Assembly (NCBI GenBank): GCA_963669175.1
Contig: OY769902.1
Span: 2,528,001-2,592,000 of the forward strand
Direction of reading: 5' to 3'
Length of the DNA stretch: 64,000 nt
From: a bacterium
GTDB taxonomy: Bacteria; Electryoneota; Electryoneia; Electryoneales; Electryoneaceae
The notes under the pieces are model-generated. The model saw nothing but the letters and a program-made list of their open reading frames with translations. It was not told the origin of the DNA and did no database searches. Position 1 is the first letter of the stretch; every line of letters begins with the position of its first letter. The translations under genes were made by a program, and so were the position numbers. This document shows, piece by piece, positions 1 to 9,658 of this stretch.

Positions 1-909
1 TGTGACCTGGTACGTGAAAAACCACGCACAACCCACGCAATCACCGAAGTAAGCAGCTATCAGCTTGAATCGATTGCGTCGTTCCATCCGCATGTATCCG
101 TGCTGACCAACATCACGGCGGATCACCTGGAACGTCATGGCAGCATGAAAAACTACGCGGCTGCCAAGGGACGGGTCTTTGAGAACCAGGAAGCGGAAGA
201 CTTTGCGGTCATGCCCTATGGCGGTGAGCTGGTCGCCACGATTTCCTCCTGTGTTCGTGCCAGGAAACTGCTGGTCAGTATGGACCGGGTTCCGCATGAC
301 GGCACAGGGTTCAAGGATGGTTTCCTGTGGTTGAGCCACGATGGCAAAAAAGTCCAGTTGATGGAAGCATCCGATTTACCGATTCCGGGCATGCATAATG
401 TGGCGAATGCGTTGTGTGCATCGGCCGCGGCATGGGCGCTTCAACTGAGTGTGGATGAGATTCGTAAGGGCCTGCTCACCTTCAAGGGTGTGGAACACAG
501 GCTGGAAACGATAAAAAGCAATGGCCGTATCTGGATCAATGATTCCAAAGCGACCAATGTGGATAGCCTGAAGGTTGCGCTAGAAGCCGTGAAAGGCAAA
601 GTCTGGCTGATCGCGGGTGGTAAGGATAAGGGCGCTCCCTATGAACCGCTTCGCAACCTGGTGAAGGAAAAGGTAAAGCGTCTGCTGCTTATCGGTGAAG
701 GCGCGGATCGTATTCAGGACGAACTTGGTGACCTGGTTCAGGCCGAAATGTGTGCAACGCTCGATAACGCTGTAAAGCTGGCGAATCTTCAGGCGGAACA
801 TGGTGATACGGTCCTGTTGTCCCCGGCCTGCGCAAGCTTTGATCAATACGAGAACTTCGAAGTTCGTGGGGAAGCGTTCCGGAAACTGGTTGAGGAGGTA
901 ACAGCCTGA
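1..909 (+). CDS. murD: UDP-N-acetylmuramoyl-L-alanine--D-glutamate ligase (5' truncated by window edge)
   Basis: Frame is open from base 1. Motifs EVSSYQLE, NITADHLERH, NDSKATN, GGKDKG, LLSPACASFDQY. Lies upstream of ftsW. Confidence 0.97.
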   Translation, partial: CDLVREKPRTTHAITEVSSYQLESIASFHPHVSVLTNITADHLERHGSMKNYAAAKGRVFENQEAEDFAVMPYGGELVATISSCVRARKLLVSMDRVPHDGTGFKDGFLWLSHDGKKVQLMEASDLPIPGMHNVANALCASAAAWALQLSVDEIRKGLLTFKGVEHRLETIKSNGRIWINDSKATNVDSLKVALEAVKGKVWLIAGGKDKGAPYEPLRNLVKEKVKRLLLIGEGADRIQDELGDLVQAEMCATLDNAVKLANLQAEHGDTVLLSPACASFDQYENFEVRGEAFRKLVEEVTA

Positions 910-2117
910 TGGGAACGACCGTCCGCATAAAAAGCCAGGGAGGACGCCGCGAGGGTGGATCGCAGGCAGTGCCGCTCACTGCGCCACCGCAGGCGAATCA
1001 AGGCATTGATCATGTGTTGCTGGCCATCATCCTGGTGCTGACGGTTGTCGGGTTGGTATCGGTGTATTCGGCCTCAAGCGAACGCTCTATCGCACAATAC
1101 GGCAGCGCACACGCGATGTTCATTCGCCAGGCGGCGCGTGCAATGGCAGGGTTGGCCATTATGGGCGTGATGGCGTGGATGCCCTACCGTTTCTGGCGCA
1201 AGCTGGGAATCCCGGCTGTGGTGGTAAGCGCGTTTTTGTTGATCCTGGTGTTCTTTGGTAACCTGGGGCATTCCAGCCACGGTGCTCAGCGCTGGCTGAC
1301 CCTTGGCCCGGTTCGTTTCCAGCCTTCAGAGCTGGCGAAGTTTTCGATCGTTCTGTTTATCGCTTCCTGGGCGTATTCACGCGGCGACCGGATGAAGAAG
1401 GCCGGTACCGGAATGCTGATTCCGTTGGGTGTTGCTATACTGTTGGCCGGGATGATTGCCTGGCAGCCTGACTTTTCCACGGCAGCCCTGCTGATGGTGA
1501 TTTCGCTGGCAACGGTGTTTGTTTCCGGAGCCAATATCGTCCATCTCGGCATCCTCGTCGGGCCGCTCAGCCTGGCGGCGGGGATGTTTGCCTGGATGGA
1601 ACCTTATCGTCGCGCACGGATCATGAGTTTCCTGTCGCCATTTGCCGATCCGGAATCCGCCGGATACCAGATCCTCCAATCCTGGATCGGGTTTGGGCGT
1701 GGCGGTCTGTTCGGTGTCGGCGCAGGGGCAAGCCGTCAGAAGCTGTTTTTCCTGCCGGACTCGCACACGGACTTCATCTTCAGCGTGGTTGGAGAAGAGT
1801 GGGGCTTTTTCGGGGCGACGATCCTTGTGGTTCTGTTCCTCGCACTGGCATGGCGTGGTTTCCGGATCGGGATGCGCTGCCCGGACGCCTTCGGAAGTTA
1901 CCTGGCTGTAGGATTCACCTTTGTCATCGGTTTATACGCTCTGTTCAACATGGGAATTGCGGTGGGGGTACTTCCGACCACGGGATTGCCGCTTCCCTTT
2001 ATCAGCTACGGCGGTACATCACTGCTGTTAACCTATGCCGCTATGGGAGTGGTGTTGAGTATTTCAAGATATGGTCATCCACGGATGCAAGCACGGCAAC
2101 ACGGAGAAGAAGATTGA
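909..2117 (+). CDS. ftsW: SEDS peptidoglycan glycosyltransferase FtsW
   Basis: Multi-TM protein with GAQRW, FQPSELAK, LPDSHTDFIFSVVGEEWG and GLPLPFISYGG. dcw context. Confidence 0.96.
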   Translation: MGTTVRIKSQGGRREGGSQAVPLTAPPQANQGIDHVLLAIILVLTVVGLVSVYSASSERSIAQYGSAHAMFIRQAARAMAGLAIMGVMAWMPYRFWRKLGIPAVVVSAFLLILVFFGNLGHSSHGAQRWLTLGPVRFQPSELAKFSIVLFIASWAYSRGDRMKKAGTGMLIPLGVAILLAGMIAWQPDFSTAALLMVISLATVFVSGANIVHLGILVGPLSLAAGMFAWMEPYRRARIMSFLSPFADPESAGYQILQSWIGFGRGGLFGVGAGASRQKLFFLPDSHTDFIFSVVGEEWGFFGATILVVLFLALAWRGFRIGMRCPDAFGSYLAVGFTFVIGLYALFNMGIAVGVLPTTGLPLPFISYGGTSLLLTYAAMGVVLSISRYGHPRMQARQHGEED

Positions 2118-3559
2118 CACACCTGCAACGAAAGATGAAACGCATTCACTTTGTCGGTATCGGCGGTATCGGCATGAGCGGTATTGCTGAGTCGCTGGCT
2201 GCGCAGGGATTTGAGATTACCGGCAGCGATCTGAGCGAATCCGCGATTACCGAACACCTGGTGGAGTGCGGTTGCACGGTGTACAAGGGGCACAAGGCGG
2301 AAAACGTGCAGGATGTGAACGCTTTGGTCTACAGCAGCGCTGTGGATCGTGAGAATCCTGAAATCGTGGAAGCCCGCCGTTTGGGTATCCCGGTGATCCG
2401 TCGTGCGGAGATGCTGGCAGAATTAATGAGACTGAAATCCGGAATCGCGGTTGCCGGAACACATGGCAAGACCACAACCACTTCCATGATCGGTCACATT
2501 CTGACCGAAGCGGGACTTGATCCTACGGTTATCGTGGGCGGTGTTGTACGTGGGCTGGGCACCAACGCCCGTCTGGGTAACAGTGAATTGCTGGTGGCCG
2601 AAGCGGACGAGTATGACCGCAGTTTCCTGAAGCTGACCCCGGTGCTGGCGGTGTTGACCACGCTGGAGGCAGAGCATCTGGATACCTACGGCACCTATGA
2701 AGCCTTGCGCGAGGCGTTCCTCACGTATGCCAACTCGGTTCCGTTCTATGGACTGGTTGCGGTTTGCACCGACGAGCCGAACCTGGTTGATCTTCTGCCG
2801 GAACTGGATCGCCCGGTAATCACTTATGGCACCAATCCTCATGCCGATCTGCGTATCAGTGATCTTGAATCAGGTGTAATGAGCAAATGCACAATCTGGC
2901 GCGGCGCGGAAAAGCTGGGAATACTGGAACTGCCGCTTCCCGGCTTGCACAACCTGAGAAATGCTTTGGGCGCTTTATCCGTCGCGCTTGAATTGGATGT
3001 GCCGTTTGATTCTGCCGTTGCAGCCCTACGGGGATTCAGTGGAGTGAAGCGTCGGTTTGAGCTGCGTGGTGAGGAACTGGGTGTGGCGGTTTATGATGAT
3101 TACGCCCATCACCCGACAGAGGTGAAGGCGACATTGACCGCTGCACGAGAAGCGTTTAACGGTCGCCGTATCGTGGGAATTTTTCAGCCGCACCTGTATT
3201 CACGAACCCAGACTTTTTACAAGGAATTTGCACAGGCGCTGCTACTGGCAGACCTGTTGATGGTGTCTGATGTCTACCCGGCACGGGAAAAGCCGATTGA
3301 AGGGGTGACCGGGCGGATGATTGTAGAGCAGGCGCAGAAATTCGGGCATCGCAATGTTCATTACCTGCGCCGTCGTGAAGAGATCGTTCATAAACTGTCG
3401 CCCATGCTGGAAGAAGGCGACCTGGTGATTACCCTTGGCGCAGGTGACATCTACAAGACCAGCGATGAAGTGCTGGAAGCGCTTCGCAAGCGGGAAGAGG
3501 AAAAGAATCGTGGTCCAAACCGACCTTATGGTGTCTATCGCCCGGACAGCCAGGGGTAA
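2114..3559 (+). CDS. murC: UDP-N-acetylmuramate--L-alanine ligase
   Basis: IHFVGIGGIGMSGIA, GTHGKTTTTS, EADEYD, DDYAHHPTE, FQPHLYSRT. Start is TTG 2114 (overlapping the ftsW TGA) or ATG 2135. Confidence 0.97.
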   Translation: MTHLQRKMKRIHFVGIGGIGMSGIAESLAAQGFEITGSDLSESAITEHLVECGCTVYKGHKAENVQDVNALVYSSAVDRENPEIVEARRLGIPVIRRAEMLAELMRLKSGIAVAGTHGKTTTTSMIGHILTEAGLDPTVIVGGVVRGLGTNARLGNSELLVAEADEYDRSFLKLTPVLAVLTTLEAEHLDTYGTYEALREAFLTYANSVPFYGLVAVCTDEPNLVDLLPELDRPVITYGTNPHADLRISDLESGVMSKCTIWRGAEKLGILELPLPGLHNLRNALGALSVALELDVPFDSAVAALRGFSGVKRRFELRGEELGVAVYDDYAHHPTEVKATLTAAREAFNGRRIVGIFQPHLYSRTQTFYKEFAQALLLADLLMVSDVYPAREKPIEGVTGRMIVEQAQKFGHRNVHYLRRREEIVHKLSPMLEEGDLVITLGAGDIYKTSDEVLEALRKREEEKNRGPNRPYGVYRPDSQG

Positions 3560-4427
3560 GGTGCGGACGGACGTCCCCCTTGCGCCCTATACGTCCTACA
3601 AAATCGGCGGCCCGGCTGCGGTGCTGTTCGAACCGGAAACGGAAGAATCCGTGGGGCAACTGCTGCATGATGCTGCCGAAGCGGAAGTTCCGGTACTGGT
3701 GATCGGTGGCGGCTGCAACATGCTGATCGCTGATTCGGGATGGCATGGGATTGCGCTTCACATGGGCGAAGGTTTGGCGTCATTGGACTTTGATCAGGAT
3801 CACGTCTCAGTTCAGGCCGGGGCAAAACTGATGAACCTGGTGCGTGAATCGGTGCGTCACGGCTTCAGCGGAATGGAATTGATGGCTGGCATCCCGGGTA
3901 CGGTTGGCGGCGCGCTAAGGATGAATGCCGGCGCTTTCGGGCAGGAAATTGAAGCGACTGTGACAACAGTACGTGGTTTCGGTCTGTGGGGTAAGCCCTT
4001 TGAATTGAAACGGAAGCGGATCGCGTTCGGTTATCGAACGGCTCCGGAACTGGACGACAAGGTTATTACATCGGCAGAATTCAGCTACACACAGGAAAAT
4101 CCTGAATTCCTGGTAAACCGGATGAATGAAGTGTTAAAGGTCCGCAATCAAAAGCAGCCATTGGAGCATCCGTCCTGCGGCAGCGTTTTCAAGCGTCCCC
4201 CAGGCTATTTCGCCGGGTCGTTGATTGAGGAATCGGGATTGAAGGGCAAGCGGGTCGGTGGCGCAGTAGTCAGCGAGAAACACGCGGGATTCATTCTGAA
4301 TGATCGTAACGCCACGGCCGCAGATGTTCGTGAACTGATTTGGATTGTTGAAGAGACGGTAAACAAGAAGTTCGGAGTCAGGCTGGAGCGTGAAGTCAAG
4401 TTAATCGGATTTGATGATGCGATTTGA
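3510..4427 (+). CDS. murB: UDP-N-acetylenolpyruvoylglucosamine reductase
   Basis: IGGPA, GIPGTVGGALRMNAGA, PSCGSVFKRP, VSEKHAGF, LEREV. GTG at 3510 follows GAGG (start inferred) and overlaps the murC 3' end by 50 nt. Confidence 0.95.
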   Translation: MVQTDLMVSIARTARGKVRTDVPLAPYTSYKIGGPAAVLFEPETEESVGQLLHDAAEAEVPVLVIGGGCNMLIADSGWHGIALHMGEGLASLDFDQDHVSVQAGAKLMNLVRESVRHGFSGMELMAGIPGTVGGALRMNAGAFGQEIEATVTTVRGFGLWGKPFELKRKRIAFGYRTAPELDDKVITSAEFSYTQENPEFLVNRMNEVLKVRNQKQPLEHPSCGSVFKRPPGYFAGSLIEESGLKGKRVGGAVVSEKHAGFILNDRNATAADVRELIWIVEETVNKKFGVRLEREVKLIGFDDAI

Positions 4428-5541
4428 ACCGACGAAAAGCAGTCGCAAGCGGCGTCAGAAGGTGTCTGCACGTCCTTCCTCGCGGAGGGTGTACAGCTCT
4501 ATCGCCTCGTCGCAACCGCGTACTGGTCGGAAAAAGCGTAAAATCGGACGCAAACTGCTTGGCTTGATAGTGATTGGTGTAATCGGATGGCAGGGATACG
4601 CCAACAAGGACACAATCCTTGGCTGGTTCGACCGTCCGGAAAAACCAAACGTAGCCACTACAGAACAGGCAGCGCCGATTGACAGTATCGGGGTGAGTAA
4701 GCGGTTGGCGGAGACGATACGGCAGCATCGTGAGATCATGCTGGAAACACTGGAGTTGCCGGACACCACGGTTCTTTACAAGGCCAATACGGATACGGCA
4801 GCAGATGCGCCAACGCTGGTAAGCGTGTTAAATGATTCCGCTGATCTGACATTCTGGCAGCGGATCAATCCGACACGACTGATGAACAACCTGTTTTCCG
4901 TGCAGGATGTTCGCATTTCCGGCGTGTTGAGCATATCGCAGGATACGATTCAAACGCTGATTGGCGATGTGACTGATCAGGGCATGTTCGATCTGGACCT
5001 GGAAGCGCTTGCGGAACGGGTGAACCAGCATTCACGGGTACAACATACTGTTATTCGCCGACGCTTGCCCAGCACGTTGATGGTGGATGTACAGGAACGG
5101 CGTGAGATCATGCTGGTGGTAAGCAGTGGGAAACTGCTTGGCGTAGATCGTGAAGGTGTCGTACTTGGCGAACCGAATCCGGGCTGGCCGCTGGATGCGC
5201 CGGTTGTGACCGGGTATCACGGCAAACTGAATCCCGGTGAGATGGTAGAAGATCCCGGTTTGCTGTCAGCGTTGACCTGGGCGCGTCATGCGTCCAACCG
5301 TCCGCTGGTCGGCGACTGGATCAGTGAGATGCACCTTGATAACGGTATCGTAGACTTTGTGCAGGGTGCAGGCAATGTGCAGGTGCAGCCCGGCGATCAC
5401 GCGATCGTAGCACAGGTGGCGGCATTGCACGCTTTTCTCGCCGGATTAGGCGAGTCGAAAAACGAAAACAATATTGTTGATATGAGATTCCCCGGTTTCA
5501 TCATCCTGAAACATGATGAAGCGGACCGGCGGAAAGGGTAA
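4411..5541 (+). CDS. ftsQ: Cell division protein FtsQ/DivIB
   Basis: Basic N-tail, one TM, POTRA-like segment ending RRRLPSTLMVDVQER, C-terminal VDMRF. Sits directly before ftsA. Exact start among tandem ATGs is uncertain. Confidence 0.85.
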   Translation: MMMRFEPTKSSRKRRQKVSARPSSRRVYSSIASSQPRTGRKKRKIGRKLLGLIVIGVIGWQGYANKDTILGWFDRPEKPNVATTEQAAPIDSIGVSKRLAETIRQHREIMLETLELPDTTVLYKANTDTAADAPTLVSVLNDSADLTFWQRINPTRLMNNLFSVQDVRISGVLSISQDTIQTLIGDVTDQGMFDLDLEALAERVNQHSRVQHTVIRRRLPSTLMVDVQERREIMLVVSSGKLLGVDREGVVLGEPNPGWPLDAPVVTGYHGKLNPGEMVEDPGLLSALTWARHASNRPLVGDWISEMHLDNGIVDFVQGAGNVQVQPGDHAIVAQVAALHAFLAGLGESKNENNIVDMRFPGFIILKHDEADRRKG

Positions 5542-5562
5542 AACAGACAGGGTGGAGGTCCC

Positions 5563-6816
5563 ATGGCTACAGGAAGCAACATGATTGTCGGCCTGGACCT
5601 GGGAACAACAAAGATTTCGACGATCATCGCGGAAATTGGCGAGTCCGGCACGCCGAACGTGGTAGGTGTCGGTTATTGCAAAGCCCAGGGCATGAAGCGC
5701 GGCGTGGTGATCAACATTGATAAGACGATCGAGGCCATCGAGAAATCGATTGCCGAAGCGGAACGTATGGCCGGTGTCCATGTGAGTTCGGTCTACACCG
5801 GAATCGCGGGCGACCATATCCGTTCGATCAACAGCAAGGGCGTGATTGCGATCAGCCGCGCCGGGGCGCGTGAACGCACCGGCATCATCACCCATGAGGA
5901 TGTGGACCGGGTGATCGAAGCGGCCAAGGCGGTCAACCTTCCGATGGATCAGGAAGTGCTTCATGTGCTGCCGCAGACGTTCACGGTTGATGATCAGACC
6001 AATATCCCCGAACCGGTAGGTATGGCCGGGGTGAGGCTGGAAGCGGATGTACACATCATCACCGGAGCGGTTGCCAGTGCGCAGAACATCTTCCGCTGTG
6101 TGAAACAGGCGGGGATTTCCATTCAGGATCTCGTACTGGAACCACTGGCGTCTTCGTATTCCGTGCTGACACCTGATGAAAAGGAATTGGGTGTCTGCCT
6201 GATCGATATCGGTGGAGGTACATCGGATATCGCCGTGTTCCAGGAAAGCGCTATCCGGCATACCTCGGTCATCGGGCTTGGTGGTGAGAATGTGACCAAA
6301 GACCTGGGTGTGGGATTACGAACCCCGATTTCCCAGGCGGAACGGATCAAGGTGGAATACGGGCACTGTTACCTGCCGTATGTGGATACGGAAGAGCAGG
6401 TCGAGATTCCCGGCATCGGCGGACGTGCGCCGCAAGTCGTGCCGCGAACCCTGGTCGCTGAAATTATCCAGCCACGAATGGAAGAGATTTTCGAGCTTTC
6501 CGCTGCACAGATCCGTAAAGCGGGTGTCTGGGACAAAATGACCTGCGGTATTGTGCTTACCGGTGGCGGTTGTCAGCTCGAAGGCACGGTGGAACTGGCG
6601 GAACAGATTTTCGAATTGCCGGTCAAGATCGGTTACCCGACAGGTTTGGGCGGCCTGATGCAATCGGCGAACAATCCTACGCACGCAACCGGAGTCGGAC
6701 TGGTGTTGTTTGGCCTCGATCAGGAGGGTACTACTGATCCGCTCCGTGGAGACGATACGACGATTTTCAAGAAGATAGGCAGGAGGATGAAAGAATGGTT
6801 CGAAGACTTTTTCTAG
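5563..6816 (+). CDS. ftsA: Cell division protein FtsA
   Basis: GLDLGTTKI, IDIGGGTSD, GIVLTGGG and C-terminal amphipathic KEWFEDFF. GGAGG RBS. Confidence 0.98.
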   Translation: MATGSNMIVGLDLGTTKISTIIAEIGESGTPNVVGVGYCKAQGMKRGVVINIDKTIEAIEKSIAEAERMAGVHVSSVYTGIAGDHIRSINSKGVIAISRAGARERTGIITHEDVDRVIEAAKAVNLPMDQEVLHVLPQTFTVDDQTNIPEPVGMAGVRLEADVHIITGAVASAQNIFRCVKQAGISIQDLVLEPLASSYSVLTPDEKELGVCLIDIGGGTSDIAVFQESAIRHTSVIGLGGENVTKDLGVGLRTPISQAERIKVEYGHCYLPYVDTEEQVEIPGIGGRAPQVVPRTLVAEIIQPRMEEIFELSAAQIRKAGVWDKMTCGIVLTGGGCQLEGTVELAEQIFELPVKIGYPTGLGGLMQSANNPTHATGVGLVLFGLDQEGTTDPLRGDDTTIFKKIGRRMKEWFEDFF

Positions 6817-6896
6817 AGGTGAGAAACAAAGCGAGGCGGTCCACGGGGCCGGACGATTCACATAATGCTTCACCCCAGCAGGAGGGAGGCCAGGAG

Positions 6897-8981
6897 ATGG
6901 CAGACCAGTTTGAAAGACGTCAGGAAGACCAGCGCCCATTGAGCGTTCGGGACATCATGCAATCCGACCCCGCACTTGAAGACTCCTTTGACGGGGTGGA
7001 CGAAGGCACTCACGCCGCCGGTACCGAAGGGCACCTGCTTCAGCAGAAGATGCAGGCTGCAGCCGCCGCCAACCGTGCGTGGCTCGATGACAGCCCCTTC
7101 GACTTGAGCAAGCCGGAACCGCGCGCGCAGGTGGAGGAGAATGATTTTACCAGCGAAACTGAAGACTTCGGAGAGGTCGAGGAAGTCGAAGAGGAACAGG
7201 ATTTCGTGGGTGAGTTCGAAGAAGAAGAAACCACCGACGAAATCGAAGAACTTTCCTTTGACGAAGGCGACCTGTTCGAGTCTGAAGAAGACATGGACAA
7301 GGAATACCCGGTCGACGAGGATGACATCGACCTGGATATCACCTTGAGCGTGGGCGAAACGGAAGAAGAGGAAGAGGAAGTCCTCGACGCCGGTGAACTG
7401 GACACGGAAGACGATCTGGAAGCCTCACAGGAATTTGCGGACAGCCTGGAAGGCGATTTCACCGAAGCCGTAGAAGAAGCCGAACTGGAAGAAGAAGAGC
7501 TGGTCGAAGACGAGTTGGTTGAAGAAGAGGCCAGCGTTGCCGAGATCATGGAAAACGACGAAACGATTGAAGAAGAGCCGATGCCGGTTGATGAGATCAC
7601 TTCCCATGTGGAAGACGCGATGATGGGCCGTGTGGTGTCTCAGGACAGTTACATGACCGAAGAAGAGGAGAAAGAAGCGGTGGGCAATACTCTGCGTTTC
7701 GGATTCCAGGAGCAATCCGAGTACCGTGCACGGATGAAGGTGATCGGCGTGGGCGGCGCCGGGTCAAACGCCGTGGACAACATGATCTCCAGTAACCTGC
7801 TCGGGGTTGAATTCATCTGTCTGAACACCGACAGCCAGGCATTGGATGCCAGCCAGGCCTCCCGCAAAATGCAGATCGGCAAGGAAGTCACCCGTGGCCT
7901 GGGAGCCGGTGGCGATCCATGCGTAGGGCAGGCGGCTGCGGAAGAAGATGTGGAAATGATCAAGAAGATGCTGGAAGATACCGACATGGTCTTCGTCGCG
8001 GCGGGTATGGGCGGCGGCACCGGTACCGGCGCAGCCCCGATCGTAGCCGGACTGGCTCGTGAACGTGGTATCCTCACTGTCGGCATCGTAACCAAACCAT
8101 TCAGCTTCGAAGGCTCCAAGCGCACCAAGCGAGCCGTCGAAGGTATCAAGGCGATGAAGGACAATGTTGATACGCTGATCGTGATCCCGAACGACCGTCT
8201 GCTCCAGATCATCGATGAGAACGTGACCTTCAAGGCCGCGTTCCGTAAGGCGGACGAGGTCCTGTTCCAGGGCACCAAGGGCATCAGCGATATCATCAAC
8301 ACCCGTGGTCATGTCAACCTCGACTTCGCCGATGCCAAATCAGTCATGGCGAACAGTGGTGACGCCATCATGGGCATGGGAGTCGCGGAAGGCGAGAATC
8401 GTGCGGTCCTGGCGGCGGAAGCGGCCATCACCAGCCCATTGCTGGATAACCTGAGCATTGAAGGCGCGCAGGGCATCATTATCAATATTACCGGCAATGA
8501 GAAGCTGGGGATGCTGGAAGTCCAGAAGGCGGTTGACCTGGTGACACAGCGTGCCGGCGACAATGCGGACGTCTTCTTCGGTATCGTCAACGACGAAGGT
8601 ATGGGTGACAAGGTCAGCGTAACCGTAATCGCCACCGGTTTCGCCCGTAAGGATACCATCCGGACCAAGCGTGTCGATACAGAAGCGTCCGAGGGCTTTG
8701 GCCGTAGCCGCACCGAAACCACCTCCATCCATGACCGTTTCAACTTCGGGAACGGCAATGGTAACGGGAACGGAAATGGCAATGGCAACGGTAACGGAAA
8801 TGGTCACGGAAATGGCAACGGCCACAGCGAAAAGCCGACCAAGTTCCTCCGTGTCGAAGCGGACGAAGAAGATGTCGTTTTGGATGAAGTGGTCGATATC
8901 GATGTGGAAAACATGGATAAAGATGACCATGATCTGCCCGCTTTCCTGCGCCGGAATAAGAAGAACAACTGGAGAAGGTAG
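6897..8981 (+). CDS. ftsZ: Cell division protein FtsZ with long acidic N-terminal extension
   Basis: KVIGVGGAGSNAV, GMGGGTGTG tubulin signature, NLDFAD and C-terminal DLPAFLRR. ATG 6897 follows GGAGG. Alternative in-frame GTG at 7680. Confidence 0.95.
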   Translation: MADQFERRQEDQRPLSVRDIMQSDPALEDSFDGVDEGTHAAGTEGHLLQQKMQAAAAANRAWLDDSPFDLSKPEPRAQVEENDFTSETEDFGEVEEVEEEQDFVGEFEEEETTDEIEELSFDEGDLFESEEDMDKEYPVDEDDIDLDITLSVGETEEEEEEVLDAGELDTEDDLEASQEFADSLEGDFTEAVEEAELEEEELVEDELVEEEASVAEIMENDETIEEEPMPVDEITSHVEDAMMGRVVSQDSYMTEEEEKEAVGNTLRFGFQEQSEYRARMKVIGVGGAGSNAVDNMISSNLLGVEFICLNTDSQALDASQASRKMQIGKEVTRGLGAGGDPCVGQAAAEEDVEMIKKMLEDTDMVFVAAGMGGGTGTGAAPIVAGLARERGILTVGIVTKPFSFEGSKRTKRAVEGIKAMKDNVDTLIVIPNDRLLQIIDENVTFKAAFRKADEVLFQGTKGISDIINTRGHVNLDFADAKSVMANSGDAIMGMGVAEGENRAVLAAEAAITSPLLDNLSIEGAQGIIINITGNEKLGMLEVQKAVDLVTQRAGDNADVFFGIVNDEGMGDKVSVTVIATGFARKDTIRTKRVDTEASEGFGRSRTETTSIHDRFNFGNGNGNGNGNGNGNGNGNGHGNGNGHSEKPTKFLRVEADEEDVVLDEVVDIDVENMDKDDHDLPAFLRRNKKNNWRR

Positions 8982-9083
8982 AATGGTAGTGGATCGTTTC
9001 ATTCGAACCGGTGAATAGATCCACTGAAGGATCGGCATGCGTGCCAGTTCCTGATTTTTCCTTCCTGCTGCTGGAAAAAGTCG

Positions 9084-9114
9084 GCACCCCATCTGAAAAG
9101 GTGGGGTGTTTTTT
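9084..9114 (+). terminator. Intrinsic terminator of the dcw operon
   Basis: GCACCCCATCT-GAAA-AGGTGGGGTGT followed by a T run. Confidence 0.8.
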
Positions 9115-9143
9115 AGTATTTCTTCTATCACTTCTACCTACAT

Positions 9144-9194
9144 CTGTCATCCCCGACTTGATCCTGTCTCTTGGACTTGATCGGGGATCTCGAG
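9144..9194 (+). repeat. GTCATCCC...GGGATC REP-like palindrome
   Basis: Related copies near 13910, 17710, 17872, 18443 (inverted), 37096, 37139, 37264 and 62708. Confidence 0.7.
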
Positions 9195-9220
9195 GTGGGA
9201 GCGAGAATGCTGACTTCGAA

Positions 9221-9452
9221 CTGCTTTGTCTCATGCAAAGACGCGAAGGCAGAAAAACATGTCTCACGCAAAGACGCAAAGGCGCAAAGGAAAAGACGCA
9301 AAGGAAAAGAAAAGAAGGGAAAGGAGGGAAAGAAGGGAAAGAAGGGAAAGAAGGGAAAGAAGGGAAAGAAGTGAAAAGAATGAAAAACCTATTGGCCCCG
9401 CCGGCTTGAAGAACGCCGTAGCTTGCGGAGGCGGCTGCCCGGCGGTGGTCTA
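9221..9452 (+). repeat. Dispersed composite repeat copy 1 (CGCAAAGA array, purine VNTR, 60-nt GC-rich hairpin)
   Basis: Near-identical to 13626-13837 outside the VNTR. The 60-nt core also occurs at 18140-18199. Confidence 0.9.
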
Positions 9453-9658
9453 TTTTAAATGAAGCTAGTAGTCCACTTGTATTGAGGACTTGAAACGACT
9501 CGTCTCAAGCAAAGACGCAAAGGAAGAGACGCAAAGAACGCAAAGGAAGAAAAACATGTTTCACGTAGAGCCGCAAAGAACGCAAAGGAAAAGAAATGAA
9601 GACAATGTTCTTTTCCCGGACCGGAGGCGGTCCGGGAGACATTGCCATAATCCCTACC

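Noticed and set aside
1799-2113. N-terminal extension of the murC ORF in the ORF track
   Set aside because: It overlaps ftsW in another frame, and MurC homology begins at about 2135.
6795-6896. ORF-track start of ftsZ
   Set aside because: It begins inside ftsA. ATG 6897 has a plausible RBS and is preferred.
9393-9452. Integron attC interpretation of the 60-nt core
   Set aside because: No RYYYAAC/GTTRRRY ends, no integrase in the window, and a housekeeping gene lies between copies.
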